A DNA stretch of 64,000 bases, taken from contig NC_043001.1 of the NCBI RefSeq assembly GCF_006345805.1, forward strand, positions 21,700,001-21,764,000, given 5' to 3'. The stretch is from Octopus sinensis. Lineage: Eukaryota. The translations under genes and the position numbers were made by a program. Of this stretch, positions 37,858 through 50,133 are shown piece after piece. The notes under the pieces were generated by a model. That model saw nothing but the letters and a program-made list of their open reading frames with translations. It made no database searches and was not told where the DNA came from. Within the stretch, counting starts at the first letter, position 1; every line of letters begins with the position of its first letter.

Positions 37858-38180
37858 GAATGCGCGTGGCTTAGTGGTTAGGGCATTCGGCTCACGATTG
37901 TAAGGTCGTGAGTTCAATTCCCGGCTACGCGTTGTGTCCTTGAGCAAGACACTTTATTTCAGGTTGCTCCAGTCCACTCAGCTGGTAAAATTGAGTTGTA
38001 CCTGTATTTCAAAGGGCCGGCCTTGTCACATTCTGTGTCACGCTGAATCTCCCTGAGAACTACGTTAGGGGTACACGTGTCTGTGGATTGCTGTCACTTG
38101 CACGTTAATTTCACCAGCAAGCTGTTCCGTTGATCGTAACAGCTGAGACCCTCGTCATCGTAACCGATGGAGTGCTCCTA
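37858..38180 (+). mobile_element. tRNA-derived SINE family C
   Basis: A box TGGCTTAGTGG, B box GAGTTCAATTCC, core GTGTCCTTGAGCAAGACAC...CTCCAGTCCACTCAGCTG, imperfect TSD CCTACAA(C/T)T(G/A)TACA. Confidence 0.85.
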
Positions 38181-38662
38181 CCTACCTACAATTATACAAT
38201 ACATGCACACACGCACACTGCATTTATTACAACACTACAATATATGTGTGTACACTGAAATAAATATCAAGTGAGATGTATTGGACAAGAGTGGGATGTA
38301 CAAGAGTAAGACGGGAATAGTATTGAGTAAATATAATTTAGCTATAAAGAAACAGTAAATAAAATGTTGCCAATACAAGATTGACAGAGAACAGAAAGGG
38401 TTATAGATAAAGGCATTGTAAATACAATGAAATAAAATAATTAGATGAACGTTGATAAGCGCTGTATAATTAATTGGCTGTGATCCTAAAAGCAGATAAC
38501 AGCTATAAGGACAAAGTAGCAATGAGATGACAAAGGAAAACATAGAAGTTACAATGAGATAGAATCAGTTAAAGGAAAAAACACTGGCAATTATATAAAG
38601 AGATTATATAATCAGTCTCATCATATATGTATATATTTATCTCTTTTTCTCCCTGTAAATAA

Positions 38663-38711
<49 letters not shown>

Positions 38712-38714
38712 CAT

Positions 38715-38835
38715 TTTATCAAAGCTGCAAAATAATCACAGAACTGTTAACTCATAGTTTCACGTTCCCGTTCGTCGGACTGTTGTGATGAATACTGAAT
38801 TAAAATCCTGATTGTACACGCAATATGTTATGTGG
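38715..38835 (-). mobile_element. PLE-like terminal fragment with degenerate hammerhead-like motif
   Basis: Minus strand aacagt-CCGACGA-ACG-ggaa-CGT-GAA-ACT-atg-AGT-TA-acagtt, located between (CA)n and (TA)n. Confidence 0.45.
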
Positions 38836-38847
38836 TGCTCAGCCGTG

Positions 38848-38905
<58 letters not shown>

Positions 38906-39656
38906 GAGTGTGTGTGTGTGTGTATATATATACATATATATGTAGTGGATCTTGTATGCATGAAGTATATTCAATCCACCATAGCCAAATTTAAATTAAC
39001 ACTGCAACAGAACTTTTCCCACGGTGGAAAAATGGTTTTTCTCTAACAGCAGTTTTACATTTTCCAGATGCCTTTAGCTAGTCCGAAATAATGTCTTCAC
39101 CACTTGACCCTTTCTAACCTCTTCTACTTCACCAAAAGCTAGAATAGAGATAACAAGACCACCAACTAAACCTATTGTTCTCAATGATATGTCTATCCTT
39201 CTGGATAGTTATAAAAGCAAGAATACCCCAAGCGAAAATCAGTCGGTGACGACACAACCAGGTAGTAACTTAGGTGACAACGAAGTCTGGCTAACCAGCT
39301 AGAACCTTGGTCAGAGGGAAAAATGAAGTTTGCTGTCAGCAACTGTGAGACAATGTCCCACACCCTACAACTCTCACTAGCTCTAATTCTGTTCTCTTAC
39401 AACAACATTCTATCTCTATATATAACCACTACTAAACAATGAAGAGGACACAAACACAAACTTTACTTCGCATGCTTTTGGATTTATCATAACCTGCTCG
39501 TCGAGACAAGGTATTGTAACGTAACGGTAAATAAATAATTCCTGCATTGTTCATCTTTCACATCTTACAGCTTGCCGTCATAATAACAAATTTTTATCGT
39601 TACAACTGCGAACTCCGACATTTCATAATATCGTTTACTAATCAATTTCTCCCGCT

Positions 39657-39687
<31 letters not shown>

Positions 39688-39727
39688 CATATATATATAT
39701 TATATATATATATACATATATATATAT

Positions 39728-39860
<133 letters not shown>

Positions 39861-39865
39861 ATATA

Positions 39866-40220
39866 TAAAGAGATGACACATGAAAAATGATAGTTATGTA
39901 ACGAAGTTAATTAGCTTACAGCTGTTTCAGCAATTAGATGCAGTGGACTCGTAGTTGAGCGCCAGACCAACACCCTGTGTAGCTTCATCAGAATTTTGAA
40001 TATGAAGTACAATTCATTTCGGAAAATAGAATTTCCCAAAGAAATAGAATTAAAAATGTAATTATATTTTCCCAAATAAATTGCACTTTATATTCGAGGC
40101 TCCTTTCAAACTATAGGGTGTTATTCAGGCACTCAACTACGTGTCACTGCATCTAATTGCAGAAACAGTTGTAAGCTAATGTAGTTCATGACATAACCAT
40201 CGTTTTCCCTGTGTCATCTC
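39866..40220. repeat. Inverted repeat (~110-bp arms), PLE-like termini flanked by (TA)n
   Basis: GATGACAC...AGCTTACAGCTGTTTCAGCAATTAGATGCAGTG matches the reverse complement at 40110-40220. The minus arm has CTGATGA-AGC...GCT-GAAA-CAGCTG-TA. Confidence 0.8.
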
Positions 40221-40830
40221 TTTTTCTTATATATATAAATATATACACGTGACGAAAGATAATCTGTCTTTCTGCCCACAACCTTCGTAAAGAAAAAACG
40301 TTCTTATACTGTCTCTTTCATAAGCTCGTCTTCCTCGCGTTCATAATAATTTTTCTATCGTCTTGGCTTAACAACCCTCACCGTTTGTTTTTAGTGTTTT
40401 GTTCTTACTGTCCTGTTCTTCTTACCACTTTCACCCTCCGCAAAAAATCCCAAATTTTATTTAATTTGCTTTGCAGGAAGGACTGTTTCAATGAAGTCGC
40501 GTCTTGTCTTTCCCTTCGTAACGTGGAGTAGGTGAAACAGGGACAACTGAAGAAGGAGATATTCTTTATGTTGTATGTCTCGTTTCTCTGTTTGTTTGTT
40601 TCGTTGTTCGAAAAAAAAAGTTCGTTTCTACGTTTTTGTTTTTATGCTTTCGTGTCCCATTGAGTTCAACGTTTTTTTTATGTCCTGTACCCATATATGC
40701 ATGCATATATACATATACATATATGTAGGTATGTACATATATTCATAGCCCCTTGTGGGCAATAAAGAAATATATATGTAGGTATGTACATATATGTATG
40801 TATATATGCATATATTTATATATTATTTAT

Positions 40831-40873
<43 letters not shown>

Positions 40874-40892
40874 ATGTATGTATATGCATATA

Positions 40893-41435
40893 CGAGGTCT
40901 GATCAATAAGTATCCGTACTGTTGCCATAGTAACGAAGCTAAAGCACTTAGAGTGAGGCCACTTGGCACAGATTGACTTTGAACTCTACTGTGCATGCGT
41001 ACTAAGTTTTAACGTTCTAGCTCACTTCGCTGTTTACAGCAGTGCTTGGAAGGAAAGTGTGTTGCGTGTGATCGTCGCATTGACCATGACAGAGAAAGTC
41101 GCCATGGTGATATCTGCTCAGAAGCCTACGCAAAGCTGCAGAAAGTGTATGGAGAGGAGTGTATGAGCCGCACGCTGGTGTACGAGCGGTTCAGATGTTT
41201 CTAAGATGGCAAAAAAATGTCGATTTTGGCGAACGTTCTGGAAGACTCGCAACCTGCAGAATTGAGGAAAAACATCGCAGATGTGCGTGCAGCTGTAAGG
41301 GGAAATCGTCGAATCACCATCCGTGAGTTATCAGAGGATGTGCAGATAGATTACGGTTCGGTTCAGTCCATTATCACTGAAGATGAGACGCGTGTCTGCC
41401 AAGTTTGTGCCAAAACTACTTTCAGCTGACCAAAA
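40893..41435 (+). pseudogene. Mariner left end plus N-terminal transposase, second family, frameshifted
   Basis: TA-CGAGGTCTGATCAATAAGT. Reading AKLQKVYGEECMSRTLVYE...NRRITIRELSE...KFVPKLL. Confidence 0.85.
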
Positions 41436-41601
41436 AGATTGATAGAATAAGTACTAGACTTACAAAGAATAAGTTGTTTGATCGATTTCTTCGACTAAAA
41501 CCCTTTAAGGTAGTGCTCTAGCATGGCTGCAGTCAAAATGACTGAAACAAGTAAAAGAATAAATATCTTTTATTTATTTATTTATATATATTCGATATAT
41601 A

Positions 41602-42010
41602 GGCGCAGGAGTGGCTGTGTGGTAAGTAGCTTGCTAACCAACCACATGGTTGCGGGTTCAGTCCCACTGCGTGGCATCTTGGGCAAGTGTCTTCTGCTAT
41701 AGCCCCGGGCCGACCAATGCCTTGTGAGTGGATTTGGTAGACGGAAACTGAAAGAAGCCTGTCGTATATATGTATATATATATATGTGTGTGTCTGTGTT
41801 TGTGTGTCTGTGTTTGTCCCCCTAGCATTGCTTGACAACCGATGTTGGTGTGTTTACGTCCCCGTGACTTAGCGGTTCGGCAAAAAGAGACCGATAGAAT
41901 AAGTACTAGGCTTACAAAGAATAAGTCCCGGGGTCGATTTGATCGACTAAAAGCGGTGCTCCAGCATGGCCGCAGTCAGATGACTGAAACAAGTAAAAGA
42001 GTAAAAGAGT
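41602..42010 (+). mobile_element. SINE family A (a tail fragment also lies at 41435-41545)
   Basis: Full architecture. Confidence 0.9.
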
Positions 42011-42431
42011 ATAATATTGATATGTATGGACCAAATCAACCCTATGACTTATGTAGCATAATCTATTAGCTATTCCGATCAGTGAAAAAAAATGTCCTTG
42101 AACAGCAGTGTCCTTGTCTTTTTATTGTATGTCAAGCAATTTTCAACATAGACGAAAGCAATATCCAGGTTTCTAGTTATAATGAAAATATCTCATCACC
42201 AGATTTTACATTTGCTGGCGATGTGAGATCAATATGTTGAATCACCATATATTTCCTTTATTTGTGTTGCTTTTCTAATCTTCAATCAATATTTGAATTC
42301 CTCTTGTTTCCCATCCATACTTGATTTTCAATTTCACAACTCCTCTCTCGTATTCATTTGACTTTCATATAAATTCTAGCTTTTGTGTTGAATATTTTCG
42401 CTGTCTCTTGACATCCGTGATATATGGTAGA

Positions 42432-42961
42432 CTAGCAAAACGCCCCCCGTCCAATGCTGAGTTGTCAAACATTTAAACAAAATTTTCTCAAAACAACTTG
42501 TCCGACCGTCCCATAGGTCTCCCCGTTCAGAAACACTGATTTAACCTAAATTTGAGACACCAGCAAAAGAAGAAATAAAGATAGACTTTTTTCTATTCCA
42601 AAGAAAAACGATTTTATTCACACAAATATGCAACCGAAGAGTTTAAAGTACCAGTAATGATAAGGCTGTTGACTGGGAGGACACAAACATGGTTTAAACA
42701 GTAAGCTTGGCAGGAAAGAAACGTGCCTTTAAGCAGTACAAAAACAACAAAAAATGGAAGGTGCAGTTATGTACAGGTTGACGGAAGAAAAAGCAGGACA
42801 AAAACGGCTTTATCGGTCGCATTCTCACTTGGAATCGATTTTTGTAATTTTTAGTACCGTCGGTATCTACATATCAAATTTGAGCACAATCGGATGGAGG
42901 ATGCCCGAGATCCTAGAAGACACACACACACACACACAGAGAACGGATTTTATATAATAGA
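42432..42961 (-). mobile_element. Non-autonomous Helitron, family 2
   Basis: Minus strand A|TCTATTATATAAAATCCG...GCGTTTTGCTAG|T. Confidence 0.7.
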
Positions 42962-43048
42962 TTTGTAAACAATAACAGCCATCTACCTGCAAAATTCAAA
43001 ATAATAAGTCCACCATTTTATATTGTGCTTAATGTAATGCGTCTCACA

Positions 43049-43906
43049 AGATGTCCGGTAAAAACGTCAGAGAAAAAAGTTCACCGAAAAAGCTACAATT
43101 TTAATCAGAAAAAAGTCACATTTTATTTGAATACTATAAACAATTAATGAACGCGAAAATATTTTTAATCAATTATTAAGTTACAATATGTGACTTATAC
43201 ACATTTAATGTATGATGGTATGGACTTGTTTAACTGGGAGCTGTATTATTTAATCTGGCTCTGCGCTGCTCCCGAATAAAACCAAGTACGATATTTTGAT
43301 TTTCGTAAGGTTTTTTTTTTTTTTCATAGATACATATTACAATTAGTTATTTTACATAAGCCGTTTTACCGAATACCAGCAGCTAGTGTGTGAGAGGATA
43401 AAATGCTAGAAGTGAGAATGTATGTTTGGCGAGAAGAGTTCTTTTGACACGAAATCAGTTGCATGACTGCCAGTTGACCAAGAAAACTTCTGCCTTCTCT
43501 GTGAGTGCTCTCGTGTGTGTGTTTTGTTTTTGTTTTTTTCGTTTGACGAGCATCTCAGTTTATAACCATGATTTGGGGCGAAACTGCATGGAATTTTCCG
43601 TTTGATTACACCACCATACAAATGCACCAGAACAACGACTGACTGAAATATATGCTAAGATCACTAGATACGCCGTGGCCTTCGTCTGTTACTGGACCGA
43701 CAAGGTTTCGAATACTAAACACTGCTATAACAGCATTACACATCAATGAAAACATTTTCATTCAGTTTTTTTTTTTAAATAAAGACAATGAAAGACTAAA
43801 TTTCTTAGTCATTTATTTACAAAGTATGACGTTGAGATTTAAGTGATTTTTTTTTCTGTGACTTTTTCCAGTAACTTTTTTTCTGAGACTTTTTATTTCA
43901 GATTCC
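43049..43906. mobile_element. Possible TIR element with AAAAAGTCAC subterminal repeats
   Basis: Repeated AAAAAAGTCAC(A) at the left end and reverse-complement copies at the right end; termini degenerate. Confidence 0.4.
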
Positions 43907-44042
43907 ACTTACAAACGTCATTATCAAATAAGCAATGTTGTTTTGAATTAAGAAGTTATAATTTTGCATTTAAAGTCCACTAAAATTACGTGAACTTCAA
44001 CCAAGACATGAAATGTAAAACGTAAAATTACCTTTTCTAGTT

Positions 44043-44615
44043 GTATGATTAAGAAGTTTGCTTCGCAAGCACAGGATTCTGAGTATGATTCCACTGCATT
44101 GCAACATGGTCAAGTGTCTTCTATGATAACCTTGGCTCGACCAAAGAGTTGACTAGAATTTCATATTGTCTTTTATTCATTAGTGGTGTTGGATAGTTTA
44201 TGATATATATTTTTCAGTTAAACATATATTGCAGCATTTTTCGCCATTACAGACTGGGGTTATTTTAACTAATATAAACGCGTTATTGACATGGATTGGT
44301 TTATGATATGATAATCGTCATTTAAACTCTAGAAATATATCTAGAAAACAAAGATAATGGTAAGTCTACCAATACAACATGGTTTATATTAGTCAAAACT
44401 ATCACATTTTATAACGGCTAAAAATGCTGCAATATATGTTTAACTGAAAAATATACCATATTATGAACCAGATAATACCACTAATGAACTAAATACAATA
44501 TGAAATTCTAGTTAACTCTTTGGTCGAGCCAAGGTTATCATAGAAGACACGTTGCAATGCAGTAGAATCATACCCAGAACTCTGTGATTGTAAAACAAAC
44601 TTCTTAATCATAGTC
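44043..44615. repeat. Fold-back palindrome (~250-bp arms) containing an inverted-duplicated SINE-A head
   Basis: GTGTCTTCTATGATAACCTTGGCTCGACCAAAGAGTT(G/A)ACTAGAATTTCATATTGT occurs on both strands. Confidence 0.9.
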
Positions 44616-44919
44616 ATGTATTTTGGGTTTTTTTTTACAGTATAGAAATTAAAAGCTAATAAAATGCATTAGTAGTTGTGTGCACGTGCACGCGCTTGTG
44701 TATAAAAATATGTAGTTGTTTGTACTTAATAATCTGAAATATATAGAGCTAAAACAAATCCATAACCTGTATGTAATTTTTGCTTTATATGTATGCATTT
44801 TATACATCAATCATTTTTGGCGCATTTAGAAGACAATATTGAGTTTTTGTCTGCTCCATATACTCTACAACTGAGTGAGACTCCCTGGCAATAAGCCTTT
44901 CTTTTGAGTTACAAATTTC

Positions 44920-45180
44920 GTACAGTTCTTCAACATATCTGCAAATAAAAGATTTCTAAAAGCACTCCTTTGTGAACTTCTGAAGAATTCTCTCATCGAC
45001 TATAATGAAGAGTATTGGAAGTAGAGCCCTGATGGCCATTTACCTGTATGCTAATTTCTTCGTATTCATTACCAACCTAAGCCACCTTATTTCTAGAATC
45101 TTCATACATCATATCAATTACTCTGACAAATCGTTTGTCTAAATTGAGATTTCTCAGTGCTCACTAGTCTACCATGTGTG
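44920..45180 (-). pseudogene. RTE-clade RT fragment
   Basis: ALRNLNLDKRFVRVIDMMY...HQG...LFII...LLFAD across frameshifts. Confidence 0.65.
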
Positions 45181-45184
45181 GTAT

Positions 45185-45700
45185 CATCAGCATCATCGTT
45201 TAACGTCCGCTTTCCATGCTAGCATGGGTTGGACGTACGACTGAGGGCTGGCGAACCAGATGGCTGCACCAGGCTTCAATCTTGATCTGGCAGAGTTTCT
45301 ACAGCTCGAGAGTGTAGTGGGTGCTTTTATGTGCCACCGGCACGGGGCCAGTCAGGCAGCACTGGCAATGACCTCGCTCGAATCTTTTACACATGCCACT
45401 GGCACAGGTGCCAGTAAGGCGATGCTGGTAACGATCACGCTCGAATGGTGTATTTTACGTGCCACCGGCATGGAGGCCAGTTAGCCGCTCTGGCAACGAT
45501 CACGCTCGGATGGTGCTCTTAATACCCTACTAGCACGGAGCTCGAGTACCAGTAATGCGACGCTGGTAACGATCACGCTCGAATGATGCCTTTTATGTGT
45601 CACTGGCACGGAAGCCAGTTAGCCGCTCCATCAATGATCACACTCGTATGGTGCTCTTTGCACCCCGCTAGCACGGACGCCAGTCATCGAATTTGATTTT
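45185..45700 (-). mobile_element. RTE 3' UTR-derived element with tandem ~65-70-nt subrepeats
   Basis: Tail GCGGACGTTAAACGATGATG; repeated GTGCCGGTGGCAC/AAAAGCACC units. Confidence 0.75.
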
Positions 45701-45869
45701 GATTTCTGATTTATGCAAAGAAAAAGCCTTCATTACATCATTAAATCTAGAGGGTTACTATACTGAAGTTATGTCACCAGACACTAAAACTTATATGGTT
45801 TCGTATTAATACAAGTCTAAATTATATACAACAGGTGCAGGTAAGGGTATAGGCACAGATAAGGGTATA

Positions 45870-46420
45870 CGACTGTGTGGTTAGGAAGATCATTTTGCAA
45901 CCACGTGGTTTAGGGAGCTTGGACAAGTATCTTCTACTATAACCCCAGGCCAACTAATGCCTTGCCAGTGAATTTGGTAGACAGAAACTGTGTGGAAGGC
46001 GGCGAGCTGTCAGAAACGTTAGCACGCCGGGCGAAATGCGTAGCCGTATTTCGTCTGCCGTTACGTTCTGAGTTCAAATTCCGCCGAGGTCGACTTTGCC
46101 TTTCAACCTTTCGGGGTCGATTAAATAAGTACCAGTTACGCACTTGGGTCGATATAATCGACTTAATCCGTTTGTCTGTCCTTGTTTGTCCTCTCTGTGT
46201 TTAGCCCCTTGTGGGCAGTAAAGAAATAAGAAACTGTGGAAGTCTTTCGTATATATGTACATGTGTTTCTGTGGTTGTCTTCTCCCCACCACTTGAAAAC
46301 CAGTGTTGGTTTGTTTATGTCCATGTAACCAGTTTAATAAAAGAGACCAGACTAAAAAAAATAAACAAGTACTGAGATCGACCTGTTAGACTGAAATCCA
46401 TCAAGGAGGTGCCCCAACAT
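45870..46420 (+). mobile_element. Diverged SINE-A with nested SINE-B (45998-46230)
   Basis: SINE-B is flanked by the TSD AGAAACTGTG(TG)GAAG. Confidence 0.85.
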
Positions 46421-46724
46421 AGCTGCAGTTTCTTCCTCTTTCATAACCAGATCCATTAATGTGAATCTGTCGAAATTTTCCATTTCAAGTGTATCTCTGT
46501 TATTTCTTGTACTGAAGATAACTTCCTGCAGAACTTGATCGACAAAGGTAGAATACAACATTCACCCCACCTAGCCCTCACCTCAGCTACTCACCCAGAG
46601 AGACAAGTCTTTCCTGTTTTAATACATTTACTAGCTAGCTTAATTTATATCAATTCATAGAATTAATTTACTTCTTCGAAGAGGCTTCACAAACACAACT
46701 AATGATAACTAATTGTTTGTTCCT

Positions 46725-46970
46725 TCTCAAGCAATGCCTGGCTCATAAGGGCTGGTTTCCTGGTTTCCTTGGCATATAGGTTCCTACCTGGATGGGACGC
46801 CGGTCCGTCGCAGGTGAGCTGCAAGATGCAGGAGGAAAGAGTGAGAGAAAGTTGTGGCGAAGAGCATAGGTGTTTCGCTCATAAATACACATATTGACCG
46901 GTCTGAGATTCGAACCTGCAATCCTTCGACCATGAGTCCGCTGCTCTAACCACTAGGCCATGTGCCTCCA
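46725..46970 (-). mobile_element. SINE family D
   Basis: Reverse copy of 32849-33150, TSD ATAACTAATT. Confidence 0.85.
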
Positions 46971-47050
46971 CAATTATAACTAATTAACAAACTTTACTAA
47001 TCCTCTCAAATATATACGAAACTTTAATTTCAATCTTTAGTTTATTTCAA

Positions 47051-47113
47051 TCCAGTATCTGATGCTGAAGAAGAGATAACCACTCTGAAATGCATGCATC
47101 CCATAGTCTGATT
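47051..47113 (+). ncRNA. Type I hammerhead ribozyme candidate
   Basis: CTGAAGA (47065-71), AGAG-ataacca-CTCT, GAAA (47087-90), TGCATGCA, TC (47099-47100). Proximal stem I is weak. Confidence 0.5.
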
Positions 47114-47594
47114 AGGTGTTGATGTGAGCTGACTCAGTGTATTTACTGCTATTTATCTACAGCAAGAAATTTTCTCCATGACAAAATACAGTGAATGGTA
47201 TTCTTATGGATTCAAAATACAGTGAATGGATTTCTTATGGATTCAGATATGTCACAAGCATAATTGAACTATTAACAAGTTTGCAATTAAATCATAAAAT
47301 ATATAATTCAACTAACTTCCACTCCCTAAAATTACTGGCTTTGTGACCAGACTAAAAAGAACTAAATTACAATTTATTGCGATATTATCAAGTCTGTAAG
47401 GGTGACACAGATGGTAATGTTGAATAATGATCAAATTTAAATCCTACCAGTTAGCTTCAGCATTGCATTTTATCCAAGCAATGATCTGCAGGAAATATTT
47501 ACTATATTCACTTCATTAGACTACAGCTGCTCCAACATGTCGTCTGTGTGTGGTTGGTACAAATTAACCCCCAAACAAAATTTATGAGATTTTA

Positions 47595-47969
47595 TCTCTA
47601 TATATATAAACGGCAAAATGCCTATCTGTGTGTGTGTGTGTGTATCCTTTATACAAATCCACAATTTTTCAGTTAGAGGGCTCGCACTTCTATGGTCATT
47701 CAAAACCGTCCAAGTGTGGTCATGCACATCTTTACATTTCCCTAGTCACCCCGCAAAGCCATTTAAAAATCAATAGAAGTGACTTTTTTGTGAATTTTCT
47801 ATCCAAAACCCAATCAAAATGCCCGAAACTTGATACGCCAATTAAATGCTAGCTAGCTGTTTGTGATTGGTCGGATATTTGGACAGTACTCACGTGTATG
47901 TGCACACGCTTGCAGTTGTATATGCATGCACTAGCACTATGACCCGGCAACGCTGGGTCACAGTGCTAG
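47595..47969 (+). mobile_element. Non-autonomous Helitron, family 1
   Basis: A|TC...CTAG|T. Confidence 0.9.
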
Positions 47970-48472
47970 TTATAAATAACAGACTGAAAAGAATCCTTTC
48001 ATAAATTGTTTATTTTTGTATTTTCACAAACATTTACAAATCAAAACAAAAATTATTAATAAACATTTTCACATTTTTTCTTTGGAAAATATTGTTATGT
48101 AAAGGCAAGATATCATTTTATACACTTTTATTCAACACACACACACACACATGCATACACACGCACACACATGCATGCACAGACATATGCATGCACATAC
48201 GCTACATACATACATTTGTATGAGTTAAGAAATTCTATATCACCTGTTGAGATAACAGCTTCTTGAACCTCCTTACGGTAGCTAATTCATTTGGAACCTC
48301 ATCCAGCAATGGTTATAATATTATTTTTGTAACAGCTACAAAAATTATTTACTTTTTATAGAAAAGTGAAAATTTAAAAATTTGTTCCTTGTTTGTAGAT
48401 GGGTGCTAAGAAAATTCATTTAGACATTAAAAGCTAACACCAAGTTTGGCCAAGGGGGGTTACAAAGAACTT

Positions 48473-49256
48473 TTATAGACTGATTTCAATTGGAGTTGTT
48501 TTGTTTTTATTAATTTTAAAATGTTCGACAGTATCAATATCTATGGAATGTCGTCTCATCAAATGTGCTTTTAGGTTACCTTTTGTTGTACTTTTATAGT
48601 CACAAACATGACATGCAAATGGTTTTTCATGAGTGTGCAAACGAATATGAACTTTCAAATGGTCTTGTTTTTTAAATGTCCGTCCACAATAAAGGCATGA
48701 CCATTTGCGCTCACTATTATGACAATTATAAATATGCTTTTGAAGACAGTTTTGGATCTTGTATGTCCGGCCACAATGTTCACACATGAAATGTGCTTCA
48801 TCTTTATGAAACTGTTGTATATGCTCAGTAAGGCCACGTTTCCTTATAAATTCTGCATTACAGAACTCGCATTTGAAGAGGGTGCAATTAGCGGGCAATG
48901 GCACAGCATGCTGAAAATACCGATGAAAAGGTAAATAATCAGGATTCTGAGAACTGAAACCACATTCTATACAAGAGTTGCTATTGGCAATATTCTCACC
49001 ACTGGAGTGACTACCAACTACAACAAATTCTGGAATATCATCTAAGAGAACGTTGTGCACATTTCTCAAATGTGACACAACGATTTCGGCAAATAGGAAT
49101 GAGGTATGGCAGATTGTACAGATGAATTCCACTTTATCACTGGAGGCAGTGGCACCGATTTGTCCAATAACCATCTTTTCCTGAGAATCACATTCTTCAA
49201 TTTCATAGACAGTTGGAGATGAACTACTCTCTAATTCCACCTCAATAGGACTGCTG
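48473..49256 (-). CDS. C2H2 zinc-finger protein, terminal coding exon (6 fingers)
   Basis: Open 255+ aa frame with six C-x2-C-x12-H-x3/4-H units and a THEKPF linker. Preceded by a polypyrimidine tract and CAG acceptor (TTCCTCTCTCATTTCAG). Confidence 0.93.
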
Positions 49257-49358
49257 CTGAAATGAGAGAGGAAAAAAAAAAATTAATCAAGGAGAATAAG
49301 TGTTATTCTTCAAAATGGTTAAAAATTCAAAACACAGCTTTGAATAAAAAGTAATTTA

Positions 49359-49931
49359 AACAAGAGCACTCAGAATGTGCAAATCTCCACCAAGGCAACA
49401 CAAATGTCCTCTCAACGATTAGCCAGAGATGATTTTTAAAATGAGAATATCTGAAATGAACTTGACTGCTCTCACAAACAAGAATACTAAAAATGAACTC
49501 TCAAAAATTAAGTAAAAAAAAAACGGAAAAATAATGCAAACTCCTTGTCTGGTACCTAATCGATCCCAATGGTAGTCATGAAATGTGAAGGTGGCAGTAT
49601 AAAATTTAGTAACACTAATAAATAGTTTATCCTTATCTAAAATAAGCCAAAGTTAACAAATTCACCATTCAAAATAGTTACAGCCTAAAGGGAGATAATT
49701 GAGAACCTTAAAAGTTAACATAAGATCATAATCATGTAAAGTAAATATAACAAATAATCCTTGTCCGGTACCAGATCAATCCCAAAATCTAATTACTTTG
49801 TGCCAGTCACAAGGCCAAACATCCTTGAAAGTTTCATCCAAATCCATCCAGCAGTTCTGGAGAAATCTTGTCCACTGACAAACAAATACGACTGAAATAA
49901 TACCTCTGCCTTCTTTAATGTGGAGGTAATA
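49359..49931 (-). mobile_element. Helentron-associated (HINE-like) element in the predicted intron
   Basis: Minus strand TTATTACCTCCAC...GAGGTATTATTTC...CTTGGTGGAGATTTGCACATTCTGAGTGCTCTTGTT. Confidence 0.7.
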
Positions 49932-49982
49932 ACTAATAATTATTAATAAAAAAAATAATTCAAATAACTAATGATGACTTAC

Positions 49983-50133
49983 AAATTCATTTTTAATACA
50001 TTCCAGCAGATTCAAACATGATTATGCTAATCACTTTTGTATATCTTCATTGGAGAATAACTTTCAGAGGAATCCATAAGGGATCTTTGGGGCTTATGTT
50101 AATGAATTTAGTGTGTTATAATCAGACATTCAT
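49983..50133 (-). CDS. Predicted upstream exon of the zinc-finger gene, mostly 5' UTR, with ATG at 49990
   Basis: Acceptor TTTCTCTTTTTAG|, donor |GTAAGT. ATG AAT TT joins the phase-2 acceptor at 49256 to give MNFSSPIEV. Confidence 0.5.
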
